Of a stretch of DNA of 64,000 nt, positions 51,201 through 64,000 are shown piece after piece. Source of the stretch: Antedon mediterranea. Lineage: Eukaryota; Animalia; Echinodermata. A program made the position numbers and the translations under genes. Under the pieces are notes generated by a model. It was not told the DNA's origin and did no database searches. It saw only the letters and a list, made by a program, of their open reading frames with translations. The number at the start of each line of letters is the position of its first letter. Positions within the stretch are counted from its first letter, which is position 1. The stretch spans positions 3,162,001 through 3,226,000 of the forward strand of contig NC_092674.1 in the NCBI RefSeq assembly GCF_964355755.1, in the 5' to 3' direction.

Positions 51201-53298
51201 ATGTTCAATGAAGAGAGAGAGAGGTATAAATTAATTAAATTAAAAATATCTCCCTGGTTGTATAAATCGTTTTGATACCTCTTCCCCCGTTTCTCCCCTA
51301 CCAACAAAACCTTCCACACCACGTCCTGAAACAGAAAATCATATTAAAAATCACCATCTTTGAAAATACTGTTGAATAGGACGCCTTTTAACTCATGGCG
51401 GGCTGCTGTAGATATATGATAAGGCCTACATTGATTTTCATACGGAAATTCATTATACCGATTTGTGTTTTTCGTCTGTACAATAGAGTAGTCGTGCTTT
51501 TAGACTAATTAAAGTTTAGAAGACGTTCAATCTTACTGATAATAAATGGTTACAATGTGATTGCCATGGTAACGCTTCTATTATAATCATCTTTCAATTA
51601 ATCACGTGACATGAAACGTATTGTTTTTAGACTCGCCATTATTCATCATTAACAATAATGGTCTAAATAGTAATTTCTTGAGATGGAATATTATCAATAA
51701 TAAGTAACAGATGGCATTGTTTGGTTCTTGTCTACAAAACAATTTACATATTGGACCAATAAAGATTCTGTATTCCGATATTTTAATAAGGATACTTATT
51801 ACGTAGAATAGGCCTATTGTTACCAAAAGTTATTCAATTTTTGTTTTGCCACTTCAATGTTCATTTTACTTTATAGCCCGGATGTAGTAAAATCATAAAG
51901 GAAATACACCTTTCCGTGGTAAAATAAAGCACAGCCCACGTAATAGGCCTACATGTAATTTAGCGTGTCATGCACATTGAACTACAACAACATTTTAAAT
52001 GAATTCACGTTGCTACGTGAATCAACATTTTGACATTGATTGTTATTATACAATGAGGGCGATATTTATATTTGTGTTAATGCTTCCTCATGTAAACCAA
52101 GATAGTCTATAGTAATAATATTATTTAAAGATATATTGACCTCTGAAAATATAATTCTTATAAATCATTTTTTGTTGAATATTCCATTTTAATGTAGTAA
52201 TAGTTATCCACTTTGACCAAAAATTGGATTGAAAACAACATTTACCTGAAAAACTGTAATTTAAAAATATTCAAATTGGCTGTCAGCCAATGGATTTTTA
52301 ATTAAATTTTATTTTTTCATTTAGTAAACATTATTTGTTTTAGTTTTGTTTTCTACGGAAGTGATTAACTTCATTAAAACTACAAAATAACCTATTCCAA
52401 AGATTTCTTCGTTCTTTCGTTTTTTCGGGGCAAAACATCGTTTTAAAATACTATTAATAAATACATGTAAATTTGTCGTCGGTGTTTCTAGACAAAGGCA
52501 ATAATATGATTGAACAACGTGCATTATTTACGGTTGTGTGTGTAGTAGCCTACATCGTTCTACTTATATTCGTTCACCTTATAAAGAGAATTTCATTCAA
52601 AATTTAATTAATTAATATTTAAATTAACTCCACATAAAGCAAAGGAACGTTTGTAATATTTAGCAACTCCCTGAAGATATATCGTGTTACTTATGGCCTA
52701 TATTTATTATGTATAAGTGTCGCGTAATTAACTTTATGGCCGCCAAATGGTAATAAAGGCTAAGTACAACGTGAAATAATAGACTCGCCAAACAGTGTTA
52801 TATGATACGAGTCATCCAATCAGACATACACGCTCTATACTGAAAAAAAGGCAGATAAACACTTCGGAATCACCAAATTATAATTCATTAATCGCGCGCT
52901 GAGAGCGTGTCGTGGGAACTTAACTTTAAGAAATAAGGTCTGCTGCCACCAACGAAAAATAATACTGCACAAATAGTGGATTAGTTAATTTTCCTAAGCA
53001 GGTGTTTACTTAACATTTAAATCAATCAGAACAAGATTCAAGTTATTTGTCAAACTATGTAGAAACAAAGACTAGATAAAATTTGTATAAATATGCTGTA
53101 TCTTATACAAAAATTGTGTTTCTAAACCTATTTTGCTTGTTTCCGGAGTGCTTATATTTTAGTTGTGTGGTGAATAATCGTATGGTCCAAAATCATCCAC
53201 GAAATATCAATGGCGGACACATCGACAAGACGTATAGTTCACTCGTTCCACATGTTGGAGTTTTTGTGACAAAAATTAACACATTATTTACCTAGTAA

Positions 53299-56200
53299 AT
53301 GACATTGAGAGGAAACAGTATTTTATCTATTATGACAGGACTAGATAGATGTGATCATAGTCCGATGGAATCGCCGGCAGATGTGAATGGACAGGATTTA
53401 GAACCGGGTCTTTCTTCTAAGCCCGGCGGCGGCGGGAAATATTCATCATCGGTCGGCGGCAAGCACAACTCACCCGATGGGTTCTACCAATTGCATGAAT
53501 CACCACGTTCAACATCGGGTTCCCGGCCATGTTCACGGCCTTCATCGAGGCATGGTTCTCTTCCAGGTTCTCGTATTGTGTCAAGAACAAACAGCCAAGA
53601 ATCTATAATAGATCTTTTTGACAACATTCTCACGTTAAAGTAAGTAGCCTATTTTTTGTTGACTGCATTCAGTGTTAGGGTAGAAAAGGGTAGAAGTGAC
53701 AGTAAGTTCTATTTTTTTTTAATTAATAATTATTTTAAAAAAAAAGTAATTTTACTAAATTATTTTTCTGTAGATATAATAAAAAAAAAAGTCTAGAGAA
53801 GCCTACATCCGATCCCACCTTCCAGGTTCCTACTGTACACCACCCTCACCACTGCACCTCACCCCAACCCACCACACACTGCACCCTTACCCACCACACT
53901 GCACCCTTCACCCACCACACTGCACCCCTCACCCACCACACTGCACCCTTCACCCACCACACTGCACGACCCGTCACCCACCACACTGCACGACCCCTCA
54001 CCCCACCACACTGCACCCTCACCTCATTCCACCCACCACACCCTTCCTTCACCTCCAACCACCACACATCCTGTCTGTTTGGTTGGAGGGAGAGCTGTAG
54101 CAATCTGTACACTTATTGTTAGTAGGGATAACGATGCAAAATTAAAAGTTGTTATTTTTAAACCAATTTAAATATTATATGTTAGTATTTTGTTTCAATA
54201 TTCCAATAAAGAAAGAATTACGAAAATCTGACTTGTAGTTTTCGAAATATAGGGTCTAAAACATCGCCGAAAATGATCGTTTTTGGCCACGAACGTTGTA
54301 AACAAATTGCGCCCTCAGTCGACAATTGTATGAACCACACCGTTTTTCGCTAAAATAATTACATATAATTACGTTTTATAGTAATTTATTTTATATATCA
54401 ACATTGGAAATATCAATAAAATATATTATTAAATGTTTACAAAATATATAAAGTTGTTTATTTAACGGAATTCGTACAAATTCATTGCTCTAAATTGGTG
54501 TAGTAACGATCAGTACAGACAGACCATGTGACTTCGCAGTACACGCGAGAGAAAACATTCCGCTGTGGGTGATTCGCGTCCACCAATCAAATAGCCAGAA
54601 TCCAAAATCATTCAACCGTGAGCTCTGCCGATCGCGGGAAATCTCAGCTTTGATTGGATTACGATGACATCATATCACAAAATGGTGGTTTTGTAGTTGA
54701 GCCTCACGTAATTTTCACAATTTTATTTCAAAAATGAAATAAATAGACCTTCTTTATGGTATGTCTGATTTTTCTCTAAAAGATTTGAATAATAAAGGCT
54801 TCATATCGAGAAAAAACCGTTTTTTTGGCACTTATAATAAATATTTCTCAGAGAAAAAAGCACATGGCATGTAGAACTATATTATCTTGGCGTAGGAAGA
54901 CAAACAAATCCCAGGTCATGAGAGGCTCAACTACAAAAACAAGGTTGAATAGGGTAAGGTCACTGGACCGTTTGAAGGTTTTTGAGTAAACAATCTACCG
55001 CGTATGGTCGTACGCGCTAGACAGTACGATATTTTAAGCACATTTTTTACATGTTTGGTTGAATGTAATGAAGATAAAAAATAGTTGATCTTATGGAATG
55101 ATATGTAAATAAATAAATACTCAAAAGAATTATGTTTACAGTTCAATTATTTTCAGAATAATACTACATAAAAATGTGTTTACCAATGGACAAATAATCG
55201 CGTCAATGACATAGCGCGCATGGTAACGTACGCGGAGTTGAATCGTGGCAATAACAATGGAGTCAACTCTCGGTAACCCTATTGTTAGCGATGTTGACAG
55301 TCAAGAAACACATTATTGTGCAAAACTAGCATGTCACCTATAATAATAATATAAAAATATTAAAACAAACGTTAACATAGTAATATGTAACTATGACAAA
55401 TTATATAAATGATTTAAAATTCAGAAAAAAAACAGAATTATGGTTGAATCAATATAAGTTGAGTTTGACATTGATTTTTTAATTAAATTTACCCTTGAAA
55501 GAAAGGTTGAATATAGATTCAATTGAATCATCCATTGAATCCATTTTCTTTATAAAATATAGAAGCTACAGGTCATGAATTAAAAACAACAGTGTTTATA
55601 TATATTTATGTCTGCTTAAAATGGATATGAAAGGGTTCCTAGCAATATCATTTTATTGGCTCAACGTGTAGATCAATCAGTTTTAAGCTTGCCATAGTCA
55701 TACTTAATGTTTTGGAGGACGACAACGCCCTCAAAACGCCCCTGAGAAACCTGTGAAAAACTTTTTGTGACGTCACTAAAAGTTATTTTTGTATTACAGA
55801 GATAGGAATTTAGCAGTAAATCATTGATTGATGCAAAAGCATGGTAGTAATTACTTATTGCTTTGATATTTTTATTCTTGGATAAGTATGTTAGCCTAAT
55901 CGAATAAAATTAATTCATATTATCAACCAAGTTTTTTTTTAAACGGATTTTAATTTCGTTTTTCAAGGCCATCTTTTACGAAATTCATAGCCAAATGCCT
56001 ATCTTGCTGGGTACACGGAGTTATTTTGCGCATGCGTGAGAATCACAGAGTCGACCACCTTGGCCTCTCTCTCGACCCTCCTCGCGAGCGATGTTTATTT
56101 CGCTATTTATTATACACGTATTATTGAAACATTCATTTTATTATTATTTCGTTGTAATTAACTGAAATTGATGGAAATTCGTCCACATCGTCTTGTTAAC

Positions 56201-59200
56201 ACGGGTGTTAACATCGTTTTGAAGAAACGGTTGGACGAGTAAATGGTGTTTGACAATGCCATGGCCTGGAGCTAGCTAGGCCTAGCCTAGGCCTTTTTAG
56301 TAGTGATGACTGCTGGATACGGTGTTTAGTCGCCCGGCCAGAGGTGAGCTGAGAGCGTATGCTCCTTGATGTATCGTTGAGGGTGTTAATGGTAGGCACA
56401 ATTGTGTTACTGTATTATGTATATACACATTATTTATAAGTACGTTTATTAATATTGTTGTGTGCTGTAGTGTCCTGACTAACGTATTATTAAAATATTT
56501 TTTTGTTATTACATGCCGCCCTACTAGCTAGCTAGGCAACACTGAATACTAAATATTATGATTCCCAATAAAATAAATAGAGTTGGATTTTCTCTAATGT
56601 AGTAATAAAGGTTATAACAGGCCAGGCCTAGTTAGGGGTATTTCAGCTTGTATCATATACAGTACAATATACAGTACAGTATACAGTAAATAAACAATTC
56701 ATTTGTATTTTTACCTACCTACAGGTCTATAATTGGAGTGCAATTATGATAATTGATGGACGGGATAAGCAAATGTATTTATTGATTGGAATGGAAGCGC
56801 AAATGTTAGAGTAAAATTATAATATTAAGGTAACAGATACTGAGCATTGCTATTTTAAACTGTTGATCAAACCTACATAATACATTATACTAAATTATTA
56901 TTTTGTTTTGAGGGCAGATAAACATGTGCTTATTCATTTTCCTTTTTTCAGGTGAATAGAAAGATACCCAGAGTACTTTATAATAGATGCTACTTGGATC
57001 ATGCTTGCACGATACATTTATGCAGTATACTAAGACACCAAGTATAGAATGAGCGCAGACAATTAAAATTACAGAACTAAATATTTATGAAGAATAGTAA
57101 AATATGCATAATAGAATTCTTTAGACGCGAGCGCTAGGGTTACAGTCATACTGTAACTATGGTAATGTACTACCAGACAGTACACTAGTAGCAGTGCATC
57201 ATATAGTGTTTGTTTTTAACCATCTAAATGGGTCTGGGTATATAAACAAATAAACCACTACTGTACTTCTTTTTTTATTTATTTAGCCAAATACTATGTA
57301 CAATGGACATTTATGAAAGAATCCATCTCTTGAATATGATGGAGCTGGCTGGTGTTGATAGAATTAAAATGTATCACTCAGGTCTCAAAAGTAATTTATG
57401 TCCTGTTTGAAAAATCCTGCTTGTTCCAAACTCATTATGATACATTTGTTCAATAAAATTCATTCCACACACTATTTCTGCCATATAATTTGATGTTTAC
57501 AATTTTATTACTAGTACTATTACAGTTCTTCAAAGCCATCTCATGTACTGTTGATTCCATAAATCTGCAAAGATAAGACCAATAAATGGATGGAAATGTA
57601 CTACTGTATTATTTTTATTCAATCCTACCTCTAGGCCCTATAGTATTATATTTTATGACTTGGTAACAAACAGAAAGAGGTTATTATTTAATTACACTAC
57701 AGTTACTAACTAAACTATAATAATCCTCTCGGCCTCACCTCCTCTGCTCTACTTTAATTATTAGTATTATTATATTACTATATTAGTCAATAACAAAAGT
57801 CAGAGCCAAAAACAAGTTCAACACAAGCTTACCTTTTTTATTTACGTCGCCTTTTACATACGTCTACGCCCGCGCCTTGTCCACTTCCTGGAGGTTCGTC
57901 GGTGGACCGGCGACTGCTACTCTCTTGTACTGTAGGCCATGGAGTAACTCCATGTGTAGGCCTAGCCTACTACTACTAGCGAATTTAGAAGAAACTATAG
58001 TCTACTAGACCTAGCCTAATTTGTAATCTGCGTGAGTGGTTTAGTGTGAGAAGTACAAATACACACTTTCTTCTTTTCACGTACAATCTTTGCAGACATA
58101 ACTTTTTATTGATTTGTGAAATATCGATATTTTCTACGACTGCAGCAACAGGGAGCTTGCAACACGCGAGTCTCGTGTAGCATGGGTTTGTTTATTTTGT
58201 TTACACCACACAGTCCGCGAACGAGACAAGGCGGTGATTGGACTGTATTAAAATTCATTAACCAATCACAAAACGACTGCTGCCGTGGCTACAACCCCGG
58301 GTGTTTCAAACTCTAAATTTGACGATCTCGTACGTGCGTATAGAACGTTCATAAAAATTAAGATGGCGTGCCAGTTGGTCGGCCATTTTGCGGACGTTTT
58401 ATACCAAAATTTAATTTGTTTATTTCTCAATTTCTACTAGGTATTTGAATCTAATTTTTTGTGTGCTGTTTATTAACATTAAAAGGATTCATACAAAGTC
58501 CTTTTTGTGAAATTTTAAAATCCTTTCATATCCATTTTAAGTCTATAGTAATTGGATTAACAACAATATTGATTTATTTCTATCTTGCACAGTGAGTTCC
58601 GGTCAATTCTTTTATTGTACTATGTGTTTTTAACTTTCTAAAGACTTGAACCAGTAAAATGCCAAGTCATTGTATCCAAGCAAATAATTAGCACTAGGTC
58701 ATGTTTATGAAACTTTAAATATAAACACAGGTGTTTTTATGCAAATTCTATACTCGTGCTATTTTTTTATCCAGTAGCAGTCTGACTACTACTATTTAAA
58801 AAAAGTTCCAGCCTATGTATTTTTTGCTTGCGTTTGATTATTATTATTATTAGCTTTAATAACGTTAAAGTTTTAACCAATATCATATTTAATACAGGCA
58901 GTATTTTGTTGTTACAAAAGTTAAACGTACAATGTGTTTAATGCTTACATAGTGCAAAGGTTAATCAAATTTATTCTTGCGCACCGGATTTTATCAAAAA
59001 AAGCTGTGACGCTTCAGTTTGCAACGAAAGCATTGTACTGTAATTAAGTCTGAAGACTTTGATGTTATGACGTTAATTATAATATGACCCTTGTTTGCGA
59101 TATGAAATCAAACTGAATCTGAACATGCCCTAGACTTTGACCTGACAACTGGTACAAGCGTTGGAAATGATGATAAAATGAATGACAAGACATCACTCAT

Positions 59201-62200
59201 GTTAACAATCAAACTATTGTCATCATTTCAAGTATCGATATTAATGTTTATACACAGTGGGTATCAGTATACCTTAATACACATGATAACACATAATAGC
59301 CCCACATAGGTAAAGGTACCTGTCAATAGACCACTTATACACTAATTAATCACATTTTTTGGCAGATACATGGGCTAATCTATATAACTGAAGTATATAT
59401 AGATATAATTAATAACAATTATGACTGCCAGTTGTCAATTTGAAAAAATGATTGACGGGTAAAAATCGATTTGATTGAATCAATTAATCGTCTCAAGTTT
59501 TTCACCTAGTATGTCATCTCATACTTTAGACTTGTATTCAACTAGGTTGTAACTACAGTATATCGAAAATTACATTATACAGTATTTGTATTCACTGATA
59601 CAGTACATTAGTGCTTTTAATAAAGGTAGCATCAACTAACATTTGTGGACGGTCGTTAGGTACAGTTAGTCTTTTTTTTTGGTGAATATTTATTTGAAAT
59701 TTGAGGCTATTTCTCCATGCATAGTGTTAAACCAGCGTAAGTACTTTGTAAACCTTTGATATTTTGCAACTCATTAAAATAGTAGCATGTTGTTGATCAT
59801 TTGCTGTAATGTCATGCAATGTTGAGGGAGTGACTAATTTAATTCGGTTTGATTACCAGTTCTGGGTGTGGTTGTTAAAGTGTAATTTGAAATTTTTATT
59901 TTTGGTTACGATCTTCTTTCGAATTGTGAAAATGCTTTATTGTTTTATTATGTACAACAATTTCTTGTTAATTCTGGAAGATTTGATTGTCAATGTTTCT
60001 GTTTTTTTGTTTTAAAATATTTTATTTGTTAATCTGAGGCGCCTGAAGCTAAGGTGGTTCCATCTTGTAAGGCGTCTCTGTGTAATATACTGAATTAAAA
60101 AAAAACGGTTGCCTACACCACTACTGATGTATTGTCTTGAAATGTATTGATGTTAGGCCAAGTAAAGGTTGTTATAACAAGCAACAGATTATTTAGTCAG
60201 GATGCAATCAGCTGTTGCTGCTGTCACTGTTGGTTAAAGCTCACTAGATCAGAAACTTCAAACCTATTTGTGTTAGCCATTGTGGTAAAACTAAAATGCT
60301 TTTTAAATTCCAATACTGTATAATAATACATATCTTTTTTCACAGAACCATTAACATTGAGTATTATCCAGATTCAGATTCAGATTCGATTTATTAAGTC
60401 ATTCATACATAGTATAATGATAATTGTTTTCTTGGCAGAAAAACACAAGCAAATCAATACACACATAACATCAAATACAGTATTTATGCATTTGATTGTC
60501 TGATCATGATTCATTACTGTACATTGTACTATAGAGACTCTCACCTGATACTAAATAATGCTGTATAATAGCACACTTTATAATTCATTTGTTTGATCTC
60601 TAAACACCCATTCAAGTGAAATGAAACATTATTTAGCCCAATCCATAAATGGCTGGCCCAGTGAGTTGCGCGCGGCTTGCAGCCTATGTACATGGGCCTC
60701 TAAATTAAACAAACATTAGACTACAGTAGTTAGTCCAATCCATAAATGGCAGGCCCAGTTAGTTACACTTACATCCTACGTGGGGTTCCAGATTAAACAA
60801 ACCAGATATCCAATACTGATCCATACAGTAGTAAGCCAGACTTGCCAGTTTTTTCTATATTATTGTTGCCCATTTTGCAATTGATGTCGCCACTATTGTT
60901 AATTATAGTAAGATGATCATAATCAATTTGTTCCACCCACCCATACTGTAAACTCCTATTCGTCCCCTGTCAAAAGTGGATTAAATTTTGGTTAAGCCAT
61001 TGCTGGCCTACAGTAAACAAGATTATTTTACCCAATGGCTCTGAGATTTGAATTTAAAGTTCTTTAATCAGTGAATAGAGATAGTATACTGTACGTTGCA
61101 TTTTTAAAATATCCATTTTGCATACAAATGAGTTGCATATACAGGGCAAATTGAAAGTTTAAGTTGTTGCATACAGTATAAGATTTCTAAGGTCTTTCTA
61201 CTGCTGTGGAATATTTTATACTTAATTACCAATATTTGTAATAAAGAATAGCAAATTACAGTATTATGCATGTTTAAAACTCTGTCTACACTATTTATGT
61301 GACAAAAATGTGATGACAATGATGTCATATTTCTACCATATTTGGGCACATCACACTTTTTTTTGTCAAACTAGTTTGATAGTGTGGACAGAGCTTTATT
61401 GTCTCATCACATTTGATGACAGTATATCGTGGTGTTCTAATTATTTTTGGTTTTTCCAGTGGAAAGTTTGTGTCTCCAAAGCCGAAGCCATTCAAAGAAG
61501 CCAAATTACATTGGAGGGATAAAGTGCGGATGAATCATGCCATTTGGAGGGCTTGGCATATTCAGTGTAAGAATGAACACATTATTTCTTGGTTTATTTA
61601 CAGGCGAGCGGTAACGGCAATAAAAATATAGAATCTACAGTTTCTCCGTGTGATAAGCTACGCGGTTTTCCGCTTAACGTTACCGCTCGTCTGTGTAAAT
61701 TGGCCTTTACGGTAACATAGTATGTGAACATGTTGTTTTTAGAACATGCAACAAGGTATTAATTAGAACACATTATTTCTGCCATCACTGTAGAGTATGC
61801 TAATGTGAACAGTAAATTGTGCTGCATGTACAGGTATTAGTTTAAGTTTATACAGTAAGTCTGTTTCCTGTCTAGCTTACAGTACCTGGATAAACCGACA
61901 ATAGCCCTTTCTCCTCAAAGAGCGAGATATAATTTGAAATTTTTATTGAACATCCCTCTCCACAAATGGAATAGTCCATGAACTATGCCTTCAGGTGGTA
62001 GCCTTCCCACAAACCTCCATCATCACTTCTTTTCGAGATAAATTTTAGGAGGTACTGTATTTTGATAAACCGGACCGACCATTGATAATACTAGCAATTA
62101 AGTTTTTATTTTTATTGTTAAGACGAATATAAATCTGTGATAATATGAAAAAGTCCTCTAACGGAGACTCAAACCCGGAACCTTCTGCTTGATATGCCGA

Positions 62201-63422
62201 TGTCCAACCATTAGACCACTCATTGGCTTTATGATACATGATTACATTTGATTAGATAATGACCCTTTAACACTCTATACAGTTAGAATGGAATATTGCA
62301 AAAACCAATGATACCCAAAATGAATAGACTAAAAATGAAAACTTGAGGGGAAAAAATGTTGAACATTTCATAGCTAAAGCTCTGTCAACACTATCAAATG
62401 TGATGTGCGTGCCTATATATGGACATGATGAATTCATATCACTACCGTATTTAAGCATATCACTATATATTTGGGCACATCACACTTTTTTTGTCAAACT
62501 AGTTTGATAATGTAGACAGAGCTTTAGTAGAAGATACACTTTATGATTAGATGAATAACGACAAGCCTCTCTTTAAATTCTTACTCCCAATTAGATGTAA
62601 AGAAGAAAGAGCCTGTGATTTGTCAGTTCACTACACCAGAGCCTGATGAAAGGGCACGCCTACAGGTACTGTATGTCTGCATTATGTTTGTGAATTACCA
62701 TTTTTGCTTGCGTAGAATATAGTGCTTCCAGCATTTCTTTTAAAGTGGTATTAATATTTGCGCCGTATCTTGTTAATTTAAACCCTTGAGACAAATTTAT
62801 ATGATGGTCTTAAATGTTCCAATGAGAAAATACTTTTTTAGACATTTAACCGATGTACGATAATCACACTTTTAGCCTTTGAATAGTAAATAAAGTATGT
62901 ATACGTTTCATTTTTCTTCGTAATTGTATTTCCCGAAGTAACAGAATGGACTGTGAACGTAACGTTTGAGGATGAACAAATTTGAGGATAGAATGTAGCC
63001 AAAAACTAGACTCTACTGACAAAAATGGCTTTAATAATAACATTACTATATCTTATCTACAGTTTAGTCCTTATTTAATTTACTTATTAGATGTTAATCT
63101 ACTTCTGTGAAAGCCGCTTAAAAATCTATATATTATTTTTTATTTTAGATAATTGACTTAATTATTATAAGCTATAGTTGAACCTTGACATGTTTTAGTA
63201 GGCAAACTGCGGAAACAGACCAGGGGCCTGAAAACAGATTTGATTGTCCTGGGAATTGTGGCTGATATTTTGCAATATATTTTTACATGATCAGTTTTGT
63301 TTCTTATTTCTCAGGCTGATATAATTCAAGGCGGCAACGCTAACCTACCGCATCCCTCAAACCTTGGAATGCATATTCAACATTATAAGAATTGGAGGCT
63401 CTACCACAAAGATGTTGTCAAG
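53299..63422 (+). CDS. MLXIP: Mondo family (MLXIP/MondoA / MLXIPL/ChREBP-like) transcription factor, first four coding exons; continues beyond window
   Basis: Exons 53299-53639, 61460-61566, 62595-62665, 63315-63422, phases consistent. Translation ..IIDLFDNILTLNGKFVSPKPKPFKEAKLHWRDKVRMNHAIWRAWHIQYVKKKEPVICQFTTP..HYKNWRLYHK aligns to Mondo conserved regions II-IV. The start codon could be 53299, 53332 or 53365. Confidence 0.85.
53845..54067. repeat. ~21-bp C/A-rich tandem repeat
   Basis: (CACCCACCACACTGCACCCT)n. Confidence 0.9.
54123..55281. mobile_element. 1.16-kb non-autonomous DNA transposon with 7-bp TSD (hATw-like)
   Basis: TTGTTAG|TAGGGATAACG ... CGGTAACCCTA|TTGTTAG; 11-bp TIR with 2 mismatches. 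Confidence 0.72.
55600..58536. mobile_element. 2.9-kb Kolobok-like element with possible decayed internal gene remnants
   Basis: TTAA|AATGGATATGAAAGG ... CCTTTCATATCCATT|TTAA; CpG-richer zones inside both ends; no intact transposase. Confidence 0.8.
62155..62227 (-). repeat. Degenerate tRNA-like / SINE head in Mondo intron
   Basis: Minus strand TGGTCTAATGG (A box) and GGGTTTGAGTCTC (B-box-like) at tRNA spacing, followed by TTTTT. Confidence 0.5.
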
Positions 63423-64000
63423 GTATGTTGAGGTACTGGAAGTTTCCCCCCAGTCAAAAGGATATTTTAAGGCCTTTTATCATCTTTCCAAATATCATCC
63501 TAAGTAGCCTCTTATTAAATTAATAGAGAGCTTTCGTTTGTGGATGACGTATGTCATTGGCAGGAGATAATAATGTATACAAAGATAACCCTTGCATATA
63601 AGCTCAGTTACGCCGTTTTGTTCTGGATTGTCATGTGAACGAGTTAACGTTCTTTCATTGTCTGCCATCCCATGAGCTTGCTGTTAAAGATGTATTGTCT
63701 CCCAAATACATGAAAAATGAAGATTGATTTTTTACTTACTTGCATTCATTTTTTAGAATATTGTTATGTGTTATGATATGGACTTTGTTCTGAAGTAAAA
63801 GTGAATTGAATTGAATTACTTAAAAACAGACTTTGAATAGGTTATTTTGTAGTTTTAATAAATTTAATCACTTCAGTAGAAAAAAAAATGAAAAAAAAAA
63901 TAATGTTTTAACTTATAAAATGACAAAATAAATGGTAACATTCAACCAAAAAATCATTGGCTAGCTACATTTTTTTCAGGTAAATATAATTTTTTTAGAT

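Noticed and set aside
51600-52020. E-boxes upstream of Mondo as an autoregulatory ChoRE
   Set aside because: A single CACGTG and partial matches only; no pair of E-boxes with the 5-bp spacing
53846-54112. W/V/G-rich 88-aa ORF
   Set aside because: Antisense translation of a 21-bp tandem repeat

Overview
AT-rich eukaryotic (invertebrate animal) genomic DNA with intron-rich genes; an echinoderm-like host is a guess, not shown by the sequence. Four protein-coding genes were assembled by hand from GT-AG exons with consistent phases. (1) 5' part of mitochondrial trimethyllysine dioxygenase (TMLHE-like), minus strand, running off the left edge. (2) Head-to-head with it, a complete stand-alone nitrobindin (THAP4 C-terminal domain only, 167 aa). 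(3) A complete 23-coding-exon integrin beta subunit (790 aa), minus strand. (4) The first 4 exons of a divergent Mondo/MLXIP/ChREBP-family factor, plus strand, running off the right edge. Introns and intergenic DNA are crowded with non-autonomous DNA transposons (PIF/Harbinger-, Kolobok-, Mutator-, Tc1/mariner-like and two elements with 7-bp TSDs), minisatellites and two Penelope-type hammerhead-like motifs. The most unusual structure is a tandem array of Helentron/HINE-like units interleaved with four tRNA-Val(AAC)-like genes in nitrobindin intron 3. Most ORFs in the supplied track are spurious or partial exon read-outs. All family assignments come from recalled motifs, not database searches.
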